Below, in pieces: positions 8,621 to 18,232 of a DNA stretch of 32,000 nt. The DNA comes from Promethearchaeota archaeon (GTDB taxonomy: Archaea; Asgardarchaeota; Lokiarchaeia; Sigyniarchaeales; SOKP01), in the NCBI GenBank assembly GCA_030606485.1, contig JAUWGH010000007.1:30001-62000 (forward strand). The letters are read 5' to 3'. The notes beneath the pieces were generated by a model. It was given only the letters and a program-made list of their open reading frames with translations, made no database searches and was not told where the DNA came from. The first letter of the stretch is position 1, and each line of letters starts with the position of its first letter. Position numbers and translations under genes: made by a program.

Positions 8621-9880
8621 TCATTCAACAATTACATCTTCAATTATCTTCAATGCCCAATCAATTTCTTCCTTGGTAATTATTAAAGGTGGAGCGAAAC
8701 GAATAGTTGTTGAGTGAGTATCCTTCGCTAGAATTCCCTTTTCTTTTAGGTTCTCTATGAAATGTCTTACATCTCCCTTAAACTCAATGGCGATTAATAA
8801 TCCCCTCCCTCTTACTTCTTTAACTGGGACTTTGGTTTTTTTATTTGTAATCTTTCGTAATTCCTTAATAAAATAAGCTCCAACCTCTCTTGCTCGTTCT
8901 GCGAGATTTTCATTAATATGAATATCCAATGATTTCATAGCAACTGCAGCTGCTAAAGGATTACCACCAAAAGTACTTCCATGAGTTCCTGGAGTTATTA
9001 CATCTGGACCGATAATTTCAGTTGTTGTTACAACTGCCGAAACTGGATATACTCCCCCTCCAAGTGCTTTACCTAGTAGAAACATATCTGGTTTAACATT
9101 TTCATGATCACACGCGAAAAGCTTACCAGTTCTACATAAACCCGTCTGTATTTCATCAACCATTAATAAAACATTATATTTAGTGCAAATTCTTCTAATC
9201 TTTTTTAAATATCCCTCTGGAGGGATTTTTACTCCCGCCTCTCCTTGTATTGGTTCAACCAAAAATGCTGCTACATTTTCGGGGCCAATTTCTAAGATTG
9301 TATTTTCTAATTTTTGTGCGTCTCCGTAAGGAATAATAATAAATCCTGGCGTAAAAGGACCAAAATTCCCAAAATATCTTGCATGTTGAATATCCGTACT
9401 TAATCCTACAATTGTAATTGTTCTACCATGAAAATTATCACCACATACTATAATTTTCGCCTCTCCTCTTGGTATCTTTTTCTTTATATAACCCCATGCT
9501 CTTGCGACTTTCAAACCAGTCTCCACTGCTTCTGCACCTGTATTCATCGGTAGAGCCATTATCCCTGTTTTTTTTGGATCATACACATGTGGTCCAACAA
9601 TATCACATAATTGCTTTAAATAAGGTCCCATCATGTCATTATGGAATGCTCGAGAAGTTAATGTAACTTTATCAGCTTGCTCTTTCAATGCTTTTATTAT
9701 TTCAGGATGACAATGACCTGTATTTTGACTTGAATATGCTGATAAACAGTCAAGATACTTTTTACCTTCTGGATCATATACCCAACACCCTTCTGCTTTT
9801 GATATTACTACAGGGATGGGATGATAATTATGAGCACCATATTTTAAATCCATTTCAATGAATTCTTTTGAACTTGGCAT
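8621..9880 (-). CDS. rocD: Ornithine delta-aminotransferase (class III PLP)
   Basis: GAHNYHPIPVV, DCLSAYS, LTSRAF, MNTGAEAVET, NFHGRT, EPIQGEAG, DEIQTGLCRTG, LGKALGGG, HGSTFGGNPLA motifs. Confidence 0.93.
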   Translation of the reverse strand: MPSSKEFIEMDLKYGAHNYHPIPVVISKAEGCWVYDPEGKKYLDCLSAYSSQNTGHCHPEIIKALKEQADKVTLTSRAFHNDMMGPYLKQLCDIVGPHVYDPKKTGIMALPMNTGAEAVETGLKVARAWGYIKKKIPRGEAKIIVCGDNFHGRTITIVGLSTDIQHARYFGNFGPFTPGFIIIPYGDAQKLENTILEIGPENVAAFLVEPIQGEAGVKIPPEGYLKKIRRICTKYNVLLMVDEIQTGLCRTGKLFACDHENVKPDMFLLGKALGGGVYPVSAVVTTTEIIGPDVITPGTHGSTFGGNPLAAAVAMKSLDIHINENLAERAREVGAYFIKELRKITNKKTKVPVKEVRGRGLLIAIEFKGDVRHFIENLKEKGILAKDTHSTTIRFAPPLIITKEEIDWALKIIEDVIVE

Positions 9881-10162
9881 AAAATTTCAATATTTGAAAA
9901 GAGTTTATCATATCTATTTTTTTATAATATATTTAATCAATTCTCTTAAAATAATTAAATTTTATTATGATTTTCCTGCTCATAAATTCTTGAAAATTAT
10001 TATTAAATTTATCTACAATATCTTTATTGTAAAATTCAGATTTAAGGCATTTGAGAGGAAAAGCCAAATAATAAATAAAAATGTACTCTTTAAATACTTA
10101 AAATTTGAGAAATATAGTATAAATGGATATAAAATCCATTTCTAAATTAATAATTTTAGAAG

Positions 10163-11146
10163 GTGTTTCTTTTTTTGAAAAAAAATTTAAAATCATTATT
10201 AAGTCAAAATAAATTCATTCTTTTTGGTGGAAAAGGCGGAGTGGGGAAAACCTCCATCTCGTCTGCTTCAGCAATTTGGGCTGCAGAGCATGGCAGAAAA
10301 ACATTAATAATAAGTACTGATCCAGCACATTCCTTAGGGGATTCTTTAGATCAAAAATTACCAAAAGGAGAAACAGTTCAAGTAGAAAATGTTAGTAATT
10401 TATATGCCTTAGAAATTAATCCTAAAATCAATCTGGATGAATATCAATCAGCTATGAATGTAAATCCGCTTGAATCTATGCCTTTTGGAAATTCTCTGCC
10501 TTTTATGGAAGATATAGGAAGTTTTGCGAGCATGAATCCTCCAGGAATAGATGAGGCAATGGCTTTTGGAAAAGTTTTAGAATTTATTGAGACAGAATCA
10601 GATTTTGATTTGGTAATTTTTGATACAGCTCCAACAGGACATACTTTACGCCTTCTTGCACTACCGGATCTTTTATCTGGCTGGATTGGCAAACTAATCT
10701 CTCTGCGTTTGAAATTAGGTAAAATTTTTGGTGTGTTTAAAAAAATGTTCTCAAAAACAGAAGTGGAAGGAGAAGATCCATTTGAAATGTTTAAAAAATT
10801 AAAGAATTCAATAGTAAATGCTAGGGATGAATTAAAGGATCCTTCAAAAACATCCTTTGTTATTGTTATGATCTCGGAGGCTATGGCTCTTTATGAAACT
10901 GAGCGATTAAGAAGTGGCCTTTATCAATATGAAATCCCCTTTTCCAATATAATTGTTAACCAGATTTTCCCAGAATCTATTGATTGCAAATTTTGCCAAT
11001 CTCGACGCAATATGCAGTTGAAGAACTTAAAAGAAATTAGATATCTTTACGAAGATGATTTTAATTTAATAGAAATTCCACTATTTGATACTGAGATAAG
11101 GGGTTATGAACAGCTAAAAAAGTTGGGTAAATATTTATTTCAATAA
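10163..11146 (+). CDS. get3: ArsA/Get3(TRC40)-family ATPase, single domain
   Basis: GGKGGVGKTS, STDPAHSL, PPGIDE, FDTAPTGHTLRLL motifs and a C-terminal CKFC. Start may be TTG 10175 behind AGGTG. Confidence 0.88.
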   Translation: MFLFLKKNLKSLLSQNKFILFGGKGGVGKTSISSASAIWAAEHGRKTLIISTDPAHSLGDSLDQKLPKGETVQVENVSNLYALEINPKINLDEYQSAMNVNPLESMPFGNSLPFMEDIGSFASMNPPGIDEAMAFGKVLEFIETESDFDLVIFDTAPTGHTLRLLALPDLLSGWIGKLISLRLKLGKIFGVFKKMFSKTEVEGEDPFEMFKKLKNSIVNARDELKDPSKTSFVIVMISEAMALYETERLRSGLYQYEIPFSNIIVNQIFPESIDCKFCQSRRNMQLKNLKEIRYLYEDDFNLIEIPLFDTEIRGYEQLKKLGKYLFQ

Positions 11147-12099
11147 GGAGCTATTTTTTCCTTTATTTCACAAAAAAGGCAGATTTCTCTATTTTTTCCG
11201 CAAAGTTGATTACAAATTTTACAAGTATTAAAGTTAATTTTTTTTCCCCTTAATTTTTTATTAAATTCCCATAAAATATCAGATAATTCCACAAAGCCTT
11301 TGAAGAGGTTAAATTTTATTTCAGGACTATATTCTTCACAATTATTTAGAAATGATTGCACTCTTTTACGTAAAATCGGGTATTTTATTTTATAAGGGCA
11401 AGGAACATTAACAAAATTTAACTCTTTGTTTTGAGCATACAGAAGAATTTCTTTTTCGGGAATTTTCATTAAAGGTTTTATCTTTTTCATGTATATTTTA
11501 TTATTTTCTTCAAGAAATGGATTCATTCTTGAAATTTTGTTAAAATCTTTTCTTAAAAAATTCATTAAGAATGTTTGAGAAACATCATCCAAGTTATGTC
11601 CTAGAACTAAAACGGTTCCACCTAATCTTTTTCCTTCATCATTGAGCAAACGGCGTCTAATTGTTGCACATATATTACATGGATAAATTTCTCCATAATT
11701 ATTTTTATAAATTTCCAAAATTTCATCCATACTTTTTCCTAATTTCTCTTTAAATGAAACAATTTTATGTGTGATGCTATTATTTTTACAAAATTCTTTA
11801 GATTTTCTTATACTCTTCCCTCTATATTCTGAAATACCTTCATTAATGGTTAATGCAATAATTGAAGGAGAATTAGAAATCTTTTTTTGTATTTTAATTA
11901 AATTATATAAAAGTACCATCGAATCTTTCCCACCAGATAAACCTAAGATTATCTTATCTTGTGGTTTCAACATTTTAAATTTAGAAATTGTTTTGTATAT
12001 TTGGTGCTCAATAGATTTATTAAAACAATTGATGCACAAATTTTCACCAGAATAGTTCAGGTGATATATACTGTCATTTTTACAATAACTACATTTCAT
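11140..12099 (-). CDS. ncsA: tRNA 2-thiolation protein (NcsA/TtuA/Ctu1 family, PP-loop)
   Basis: N-terminal CSYC..CINC zinc finger, LSGGKDS, CNICATIRR, GHNLDD, CPY, C-terminal CKIC..CLFC. Confidence 0.9.
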   Translation of the reverse strand: MKCSYCKNDSIYHLNYSGENLCINCFNKSIEHQIYKTISKFKMLKPQDKIILGLSGGKDSMVLLYNLIKIQKKISNSPSIIALTINEGISEYRGKSIRKSKEFCKNNSITHKIVSFKEKLGKSMDEILEIYKNNYGEIYPCNICATIRRRLLNDEGKRLGGTVLVLGHNLDDVSQTFLMNFLRKDFNKISRMNPFLEENNKIYMKKIKPLMKIPEKEILLYAQNKELNFVNVPCPYKIKYPILRKRVQSFLNNCEEYSPEIKFNLFKGFVELSDILWEFNKKLRGKKINFNTCKICNQLCGKNREICLFCEIKEKIAPY

Positions 12100-12116
12100 A
12101 TTTTTCTATTTTGGCC

Positions 12117-14225
12117 TTAAAAATTAAATATACTTAAAATATTCCCAAATCTCATAAATGATAAAATAATATTAGCTAAAAAAGCTAATGTAATAATCAA
12201 CCTGATCGAATTTATTATTTTTTTCTTGATTGGACTCTTACTATCAAATTGATATTCATAATTAACTACCAAAATTGACTTTTCTTTAATTTTTGATGTC
12301 TCTGGAAATGTTAAAGCCAAAACATCCTTAAAACCATCTCCAGTTCCATCAATTAAATGATAGTTATCTAAGCCAATAATTATTTCTCCTTCTTCAGATT
12401 TTAATTTTAATGAATTTATTTTGTTTATTCTATATTGATTTAATGGATACTCTTTTTTCTCTCTTTTATAGTAAAATTCTTCTGTCTTCTTTTCTGTAGA
12501 ATCATATTTTTCACCTATTATTTTATTAATAATCTCTTTAACTATTCGATCTCCATCAAAAATTGGAAGAGGCAACATATTAAATAATGTGACACTAAAA
12601 GCAACAACAAAAAACCATAAAAGTTGTCTTAATAAATAAAAAGGAAATGTGCCTGAAAACCAAATAGATAAAAAATTTTTTGGTATCCAATAATTCTCAT
12701 TACTAAATATGCCAATTTTAACTGATTTAGTAGGAATTTCTAATGTATTTGCATTAATTTCTAAAATTTCTTGGTCTCGTTTAATTTTAAAATTGATAGG
12801 TTCACTAGGATTTAAAGTCAAATTATCAATTATATTCTTAAAACTATGTTCGTTCGATTGTATATCAATCCCTTCTACCTCAAGGATTTGATCACCTTCC
12901 TTAAATATCCCCTCATTTATACCAGATTCAGTTAAATTATTAAAAACCTTTGAAATATGAATATCATTATTACCTAGATCTTCATAAAGGATTCCCATAT
13001 ACAAATTTTCAAAAATAAATGCCCCGGGAACCAAAGGTACAGCATCAACATCCAATAAATAGGATACTCCGTTATTTGCTGTAAGATTTAGATAATCACC
13101 CGGTTGGACTTGAGTTAAAGTATAATCTATTGTTATGTTTTTGGATACATCAACTTGAGTTCCATTAATCTTAGTAATGAGAGTTCCAACTGTTAGATTT
13201 TTATCGTAATTATTTCCTCCTTGAAGGGCGGAATATACTTGGTTTATTTTTAATTCTCCATTTGAAATATTTTCATAGGAAATTCCAATAAAATTGTAGA
13301 TCCCCAAAATAACAGACTTATATAAATATGAATTGGAATTTACATTATAAATCGTAAAATTAAGAGAATCTCCAACTGAACATTTAATTTGAGTTTTATT
13401 TGTTAATATTTTGTTTAAATCCACTTCATTGTCAATATCAATTAAGGTCTCGTTTATCGCTACCACAACATCTCCCTCGATTAAATTATAATAATTATAC
13501 CCACCTTCATATGGATAAGAAACATAATCAATTTGAAACACTCTAGGTCCATAAAAAGGAAAAATTAGAGTTGTAAAATTTAATATGAGTAAAATACCAA
13601 TACCAGCCATTATTGCATTTGAATATGTGCCTGCTGCTGCTATTCTCAGACGCGTTTTCCATAAACTTGGTTTTGAATTTAACGTGTGTTCATCAACTTC
13701 AACATAGGCTCCAAAACCTAACAAATAAAATAACCCTCCTGCAAAAACTCCTGTTGATAAAACATTAATATTATCTGACCCTGCAGCAATTGCATGAGAA
13801 AATTCATGAATGGTAACAACGAATAGTATTGGAATTATTAAGTACGCAAATGTTGGAAGATCAATTGTTAACCCAGGTACCAAAGGAAGAATAGCATTTT
13901 CAATCGATGGACTAATTATTAATGATACTAGATTATAAAATATGAACCAAATTCCATAAATCATAAAAAAAAAAGAAACAAAAAATCCACAACTCCAAAA
14001 TATACGCCAAAATTTTGGGTGCCATTGAGATACTCTCTTCAAAAATTTATTTAACCGTTTTGTTCCAACCATTGCAAATAATGGAATAAAAATATTTATC
14101 AATCCTTTTCTTTTTTTTCCGAATACTATGATAATGATGAGCATAATTATCCAAAATATTGAGGATATTATAAAAAAAGGATTTAACACTATTTCTAATA
14201 AAATTTCAATTAAATTTATTGACAT
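12117..14225 (-). CDS. Site-2 intramembrane metalloprotease (M50) with three PDZ-like inserts
   Basis: HEFSH zinc motif, GAYVEVDE, AAAGTYSN, NMLPLPIFDG; several TM helices; three repeats resembling G.N...L..GD.I..ING..ID. Confidence 0.9.
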   Translation of the reverse strand: MSINLIEILLEIVLNPFFIISSIFWIIMLIIIIVFGKKRKGLINIFIPLFAMVGTKRLNKFLKRVSQWHPKFWRIFWSCGFFVSFFFMIYGIWFIFYNLVSLIISPSIENAILPLVPGLTIDLPTFAYLIIPILFVVTIHEFSHAIAAGSDNINVLSTGVFAGGLFYLLGFGAYVEVDEHTLNSKPSLWKTRLRIAAAGTYSNAIMAGIGILLILNFTTLIFPFYGPRVFQIDYVSYPYEGGYNYYNLIEGDVVVAINETLIDIDNEVDLNKILTNKTQIKCSVGDSLNFTIYNVNSNSYLYKSVILGIYNFIGISYENISNGELKINQVYSALQGGNNYDKNLTVGTLITKINGTQVDVSKNITIDYTLTQVQPGDYLNLTANNGVSYLLDVDAVPLVPGAFIFENLYMGILYEDLGNNDIHISKVFNNLTESGINEGIFKEGDQILEVEGIDIQSNEHSFKNIIDNLTLNPSEPINFKIKRDQEILEINANTLEIPTKSVKIGIFSNENYWIPKNFLSIWFSGTFPFYLLRQLLWFFVVAFSVTLFNMLPLPIFDGDRIVKEIINKIIGEKYDSTEKKTEEFYYKREKKEYPLNQYRINKINSLKLKSEEGEIIIGLDNYHLIDGTGDGFKDVLALTFPETSKIKEKSILVVNYEYQFDSKSPIKKKIINSIRLIITLAFLANIILSFMRFGNILSIFNF

Positions 14226-14348
14226 AGTTTAAATTTATTTTAAAGCCTGTTGAAAAAACTAAATTAGTATATTTAAATTTTAATTTCAAAAAAAGTCTTT
14301 TGTTAATATTTTTTAATTCTCTCTTTTTTCATGAAAAATTGAAAATAA

Positions 14349-14448
14349 TGGTAGAGGGGGTTGGATTTGAACCAACGATCTCAGGGTTTCTTAATGGCAG
14401 ATACCAATTATGAGCCCTGTAGCATAAACCAGGCTAGCCCACCCCTCT
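14349..14448 (-). tRNA. Initiator tRNA-Met(CAT) with 21-nt intron at 37/38 and encoded CCA
   Basis: Minus strand reads AGAGGGG-TG-GGCT-AGCCTGGTTTA-TGCT-A-CAGGG-CT-CAT-A-[intron]-A-CCCTG-AGATC-GTTGG-TTCAAAT-CCAAC-CCCCTCT-A-CCA. A1:U72, G11:C24 and three G:C pairs at 29-31/39-41 are archaeal initiator hallmarks. Anticodon at 14410-14412. Confidence 0.95.
14388..14408 (-). other. tRNA intron with relaxed bulge-helix-bulge motif
   Basis: Intron ATTGGTATCTGCCATTAAGAA. The central helix pairs C32-G, U33-A and A35-U with a C34.A mismatch; the inner stem is TGG/CCA. Confidence 0.88.
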
Positions 14449-14815
14449 ATTCTTAACTCTTTACTAATATTCTCGTATTTATTTTTATTAAAAATTATAT
14501 TAATTTATGATTAAATGTTAACAAAGATAAATATTATATTAATTTTAATATTCGCTTTTTTATTTAAATAATCTCCTTGAAGCAGACCCCACTATTGAGT
14601 AATGTATATTTTAAATCCATGTTAAATCGAAATCTTTTTGTTTTTTTTATGATTGAAATAAATCGAATTAAGAAAAAAATTTTCAAATTAGTAATTTTAA
14701 AGTAAAATATTATGATATTAATGGGGAAAATTTATATTTGAAACTTCCAAAAAAAATAATAAAAATTAGGATTTTTCCTAAATATTAATAATAATTATTA
14801 AATTTAAGAATTAAG

Positions 14816-15526
14816 ATGAGTAATAATACTCAAAGATTAATAAGGTACCCGGCATTAAGATGCTGGATAAAACATATTCTTGAAGGAACATACTTACCCG
14901 ACGAGAAAATACTATTTACTATTTTTGGAAAATATAAACGAGTTAGGATCTACGCAACGGTTTTGGATAAAAAGGAAATTATTAGTCAAAAAATTGAAGA
15001 AAAATCAGATTTTAATTCAAGGTTAGAGTTCGATTTGGATGATGGAACTGGCATAATAAGGGCGATTCTTTGGGGTGTTGTTGCTGAACAGTATTCCCAT
15101 ATTGTGAAAGGAGATCTGGTTGATGTAATGGGCATTATAAGACAGTGGAAAAATTATTTTTCTATTTCTCCCGAAATGATTAAACATATTGAAAATCCCA
15201 ATTTTGTGCTGTTAAGAGATGCAGAAATAATCAAAAAACTTAAAACCACTGTTCTAATGGAAATTCCAACGAAAATTGAAGATAATTTTCCTATTGATGA
15301 GCTTTCTGAAGAATATGAAATGAATCATTTATTTAAAAGTGATGATGATAAAGAACAAGTTCTAGAAAAAATTAAAGAATTAGGCGGTGAAATTAAAGGA
15401 ATTCCGTTTGAAGAATTACAGAAATCATTAGCTTTTAATGAAAATGATTTAAAAAAATATCTTAACGAATTGGAAATTGAATCAAGAATATATCAAGTTG
15501 AAGAAAATTATTATCAACTGATATAA
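14816..15526 (+). CDS. rpa2: RPA32/Rpa2-like OB-fold ssDNA-binding protein with C-terminal winged helix
   Basis: RVRIYATV..LDDGTGIIRA..GDLVDVMG..NPNF OB-fold signature, an acidic linker, and a wHTH-like end (LNELEIESRIYQ). Confidence 0.78.
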   Translation: MSNNTQRLIRYPALRCWIKHILEGTYLPDEKILFTIFGKYKRVRIYATVLDKKEIISQKIEEKSDFNSRLEFDLDDGTGIIRAILWGVVAEQYSHIVKGDLVDVMGIIRQWKNYFSISPEMIKHIENPNFVLLRDAEIIKKLKTTVLMEIPTKIEDNFPIDELSEEYEMNHLFKSDDDKEQVLEKIKELGGEIKGIPFEELQKSLAFNENDLKKYLNELEIESRIYQVEENYYQLI

Positions 15527-15674
15527 TGGATATTTTAGATATATTTTATATCAAGATGTAAAAACTACAAGATTGAGAGCAAATCGAAAAACTTTTTTTT
15601 TTCTGAGAATTAAAATATTTAAGGAGTATTTAAAGTATTAAACAAAAAAAATAAGATATTAGGGAAATATAAAG

Positions 15675-16085
15675 TTGGAGTTTGAACAATATAAAAAATA
15701 TTTAAAACAAGCAATGGATCAAATTCCCGAAGGGGCTAAACAAAAAGAGCGATTTATCATTCCAGATGTTGAAATAAGACCTGAAGGAAAAAATATAATA
15801 ATTTTAAATTTTTCAAAAATTATTCAAAAGATAAATAGAGATGTAAAACATTTTTTACCAATTTTTTTAAAAAATATTGGTACGATGGGCGAAGATCGAG
15901 GAGGGCAATTGTTTTTAAAAGGACGACCTAAAAAAGATGTTCTAAATCGTCATATAAATGAGTATGTTAATAAATATGTTTTATGTAAAATATGTAATAA
16001 ACCTGATACTAGTATATCCAAAGAAGATAAGAAATTATATTTAATCTGCCAAGCATGTGGAGCACGAACTCCAATTATTGAATAA
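15675..16085 (+). CDS. eif2b: Translation initiation factor aIF2 beta subunit
   Basis: ERFIIP, IILNF..I...INRD, YVLCKICNKPDT, CQACGA motifs; TTG start. Confidence 0.95.
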   Translation: MEFEQYKKYLKQAMDQIPEGAKQKERFIIPDVEIRPEGKNIIILNFSKIIQKINRDVKHFLPIFLKNIGTMGEDRGGQLFLKGRPKKDVLNRHINEYVNKYVLCKICNKPDTSISKEDKKLYLICQACGARTPIIE

Positions 16086-16102
16086 AATAAGGTGTACTAT
16101 TA

Positions 16103-16399
16103 TTGCAAGTTTATCTTAAAATTCATTCTCAAGGAGGTACTGAGGTTATTGCAGTTTGTGATAATGATCTTCTTAATAAAGAATTATGCGAAGATAATTT
16201 TAAATTGAAGATTTCTAATGATTTCTATGGAGGAAAATTAATTGATATAGATGAAGCGATAAATTTATTAGCAATATCTTCGAATTTTAATATTATCGGT
16301 AATAATATCATTAGAAAAGCAATCAAAAGTGGAATTATCAATGAATCAATTATTAAAAAAATTAATAATATACCTTTGGCGTTAAAGATGATATTTTAA
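16103..16399 (+). CDS. DUF424 family protein
   Basis: VIAVCDNDLL, FYGG, NIIGN..I motifs; TTG start behind GGTG; conserved neighbour of aIF2b/NMD3. Confidence 0.85.
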   Translation: MQVYLKIHSQGGTEVIAVCDNDLLNKELCEDNFKLKISNDFYGGKLIDIDEAINLLAISSNFNIIGNNIIRKAIKSGIINESIIKKINNIPLALKMIF

Positions 16400-16400
16400 T

Positions 16401-17342
16401 ATGTCTCCAAACCGTCCAACCCGTTTTTGCTCTATTTGTGGAAAACAATTTTCTACAAATGAAAAAATTTACGATAAATTTACTTGTCTGAGATGTTTTC
16501 TTAAAAATAAGCCATTATTTCAATTTCAGGATATATTTTATTTAAATATATGTTTAGAATGTGGTAGTTTTTCTAAGGACTCTAAAGTAAAAGTTTGGCT
16601 AACCCCTTCTACAGAAAATATATTAGAGATTGTTAAATCAGCTATTAATTATTATTTATTAGAACCATATGGAAAAAAGGAAAATATTGAATTCAAATTA
16701 ATAATCTTGGAAGAAAAAATTTCCCCAAATGCCAAAATTATTGAAGATATTTATCTTATGATTACTGGAGTTCATATATATGATGAAGATTTAATTTATA
16801 CCCAAGAGATCAAAGTTAAATTAAAATATGGCCACTGTGACAACTGTATTAGTTTAAAACAAAAAAAGATTAATGCAATTATTCAGTTAAGAGTTATTTT
16901 CGACGAACAACATAACTTAATTGAAATCGTTAAAGAAAAGATAAAAAATTTTATAGATAATGTATCAAAAAAAGATTCTACTGAGTATATTACAAAAATC
17001 GAATATGTTAAAAATGGTGTTGATATTTTTTTAAGCACACTAAATCAAACCAATAAAATAATTCGATTATTAAAACCAGAATACAATTTTTTAATAAAAT
17101 CTTCTAAAAAATTGATGAGTAGAGATGTTCAACGCGGTAAAAACATATATAGAATAAAAACTTTAATAAAATTTTTACCAATCGAAAAGCAGGATGAGGT
17201 AATTACCAAAAACATTAAATATATAGTAGATAAAATTGGGAAGAATAAAGTATATTTAATAGATACCCATGGAAATAGAATAATAAAGAACTATCAATTT
17301 TTTTTCAGCAAAAAAGTTAAAATACAAAAAAAGAATTTATAA
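16401..17342 (+). CDS. nmd3: NMD3-family large-subunit biogenesis protein
   Basis: FCSICG, CLRC, CLECG and CDNC zinc sites; AIIQLR; NGVDIFL; KLMSRDVQRGKNIYR. Confidence 0.9.
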   Translation: MSPNRPTRFCSICGKQFSTNEKIYDKFTCLRCFLKNKPLFQFQDIFYLNICLECGSFSKDSKVKVWLTPSTENILEIVKSAINYYLLEPYGKKENIEFKLIILEEKISPNAKIIEDIYLMITGVHIYDEDLIYTQEIKVKLKYGHCDNCISLKQKKINAIIQLRVIFDEQHNLIEIVKEKIKNFIDNVSKKDSTEYITKIEYVKNGVDIFLSTLNQTNKIIRLLKPEYNFLIKSSKKLMSRDVQRGKNIYRIKTLIKFLPIEKQDEVITKNIKYIVDKIGKNKVYLIDTHGNRIIKNYQFFFSKKVKIQKKNL

Positions 17343-17352
17343 ATTTTTAGAG

Positions 17353-18180
17353 ATGGAAGAAAATAATACAGATTTTGAGGAAATAGAAGAAGATTTTATC
17401 GAAGAATATGATTTGGAAGACTCGAGAGATTTGGAAATAAAAAAAATCGATAAAAGACGAATTAAAAAGAAAGATCAATCAGCAATTAGATTGGCGGTGG
17501 ACAGTGTTTTTGATGAAAGAACAGTCTTTTTATTAAGAAAATTATTAGATAAGCAAATAATCGGGGAATTTGTTGGAATTATAAATGCAGGTAAAGAAGC
17601 CAATGTTTATTTAGCTTATGATAAAGAAGGAAATGAAATTGCAATAAAAATCTACAAAATTGATAGTAATACTTCTCGGTGGATGAGAAATTATATTACT
17701 GGGGATCCGCGCTTTAAGAAGGTGGGTAAAAATCCTTCCCAGATTATTTTTCTATGGGCTAAAAAAGAATTTAAAAATTTAAAACAAGCATATCGTGCGG
17801 GTTTATCTGTCCCTCAGCCAATACATGTCAAAAATAATGTTTTAATTATGGAATATATTGGAGATGGACCTACCCCAGCACCAATATTAAAAAAAGCCAA
17901 GAGTTTGGAAAATCCTGAGAAGTTATTCGATGAGGTGTATCAATTTATAAAAGTTTTATATAAAGCGAAATTAGTCCATGGCGATTTAAGCGAATTTAAT
18001 ATCCTCATGTTGGATCAAAAGCCTATAATAATTGATATTTCGCAAGCCGTCTCTATCGATCACCCTAAATCTGATCAGTATTTAATTCGAGATATAAAAA
18101 ATGTAATAAATTTTTTCTCTAAATTTGGAATAGAAACTCCAACAGTAAAAGAGGCATATTATGATATTATTAAAAATTAA
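17353..18180 (+). CDS. rio1: RIO1-family Ser/Thr kinase/ATPase
   Basis: GKEANVY, AIKIY, WAKKEFKNL, LIMEYIG, LVHGDLSEFNIL, IDISQAV motifs. Confidence 0.95.
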   Translation: MEENNTDFEEIEEDFIEEYDLEDSRDLEIKKIDKRRIKKKDQSAIRLAVDSVFDERTVFLLRKLLDKQIIGEFVGIINAGKEANVYLAYDKEGNEIAIKIYKIDSNTSRWMRNYITGDPRFKKVGKNPSQIIFLWAKKEFKNLKQAYRAGLSVPQPIHVKNNVLIMEYIGDGPTPAPILKKAKSLENPEKLFDEVYQFIKVLYKAKLVHGDLSEFNILMLDQKPIIIDISQAVSIDHPKSDQYLIRDIKNVINFFSKFGIETPTVKEAYYDIIKN

Positions 18181-18232
18181 TAATTTTTAAAAAAAGAGAT
18201 TTATTTTTAATGTTTATACAATTTGATATAAT

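Noticed and set aside
9858-10145. 95-aa plus-strand ORF in the rocD/get3 divergent spacer
   Set aside because: Extremely AT-rich I/F/K/Y low-complexity translation overlapping the rocD start; most likely promoter DNA.
14449-14815. Long AT-rich intergenic region as a possible replication origin
   Set aside because: No ORB-like repeats with G-strings and no adjacent cdc6/orc1; adequately explained by divergent tRNA and rpa2 promoters.
17342-17353. aIF-1A is absent between nmd3 and rio1, where it often sits in archaea
   Set aside because: Only 10 bp separate the genes. This is ordinary gene-order variation and cannot be read as gene loss from one window.
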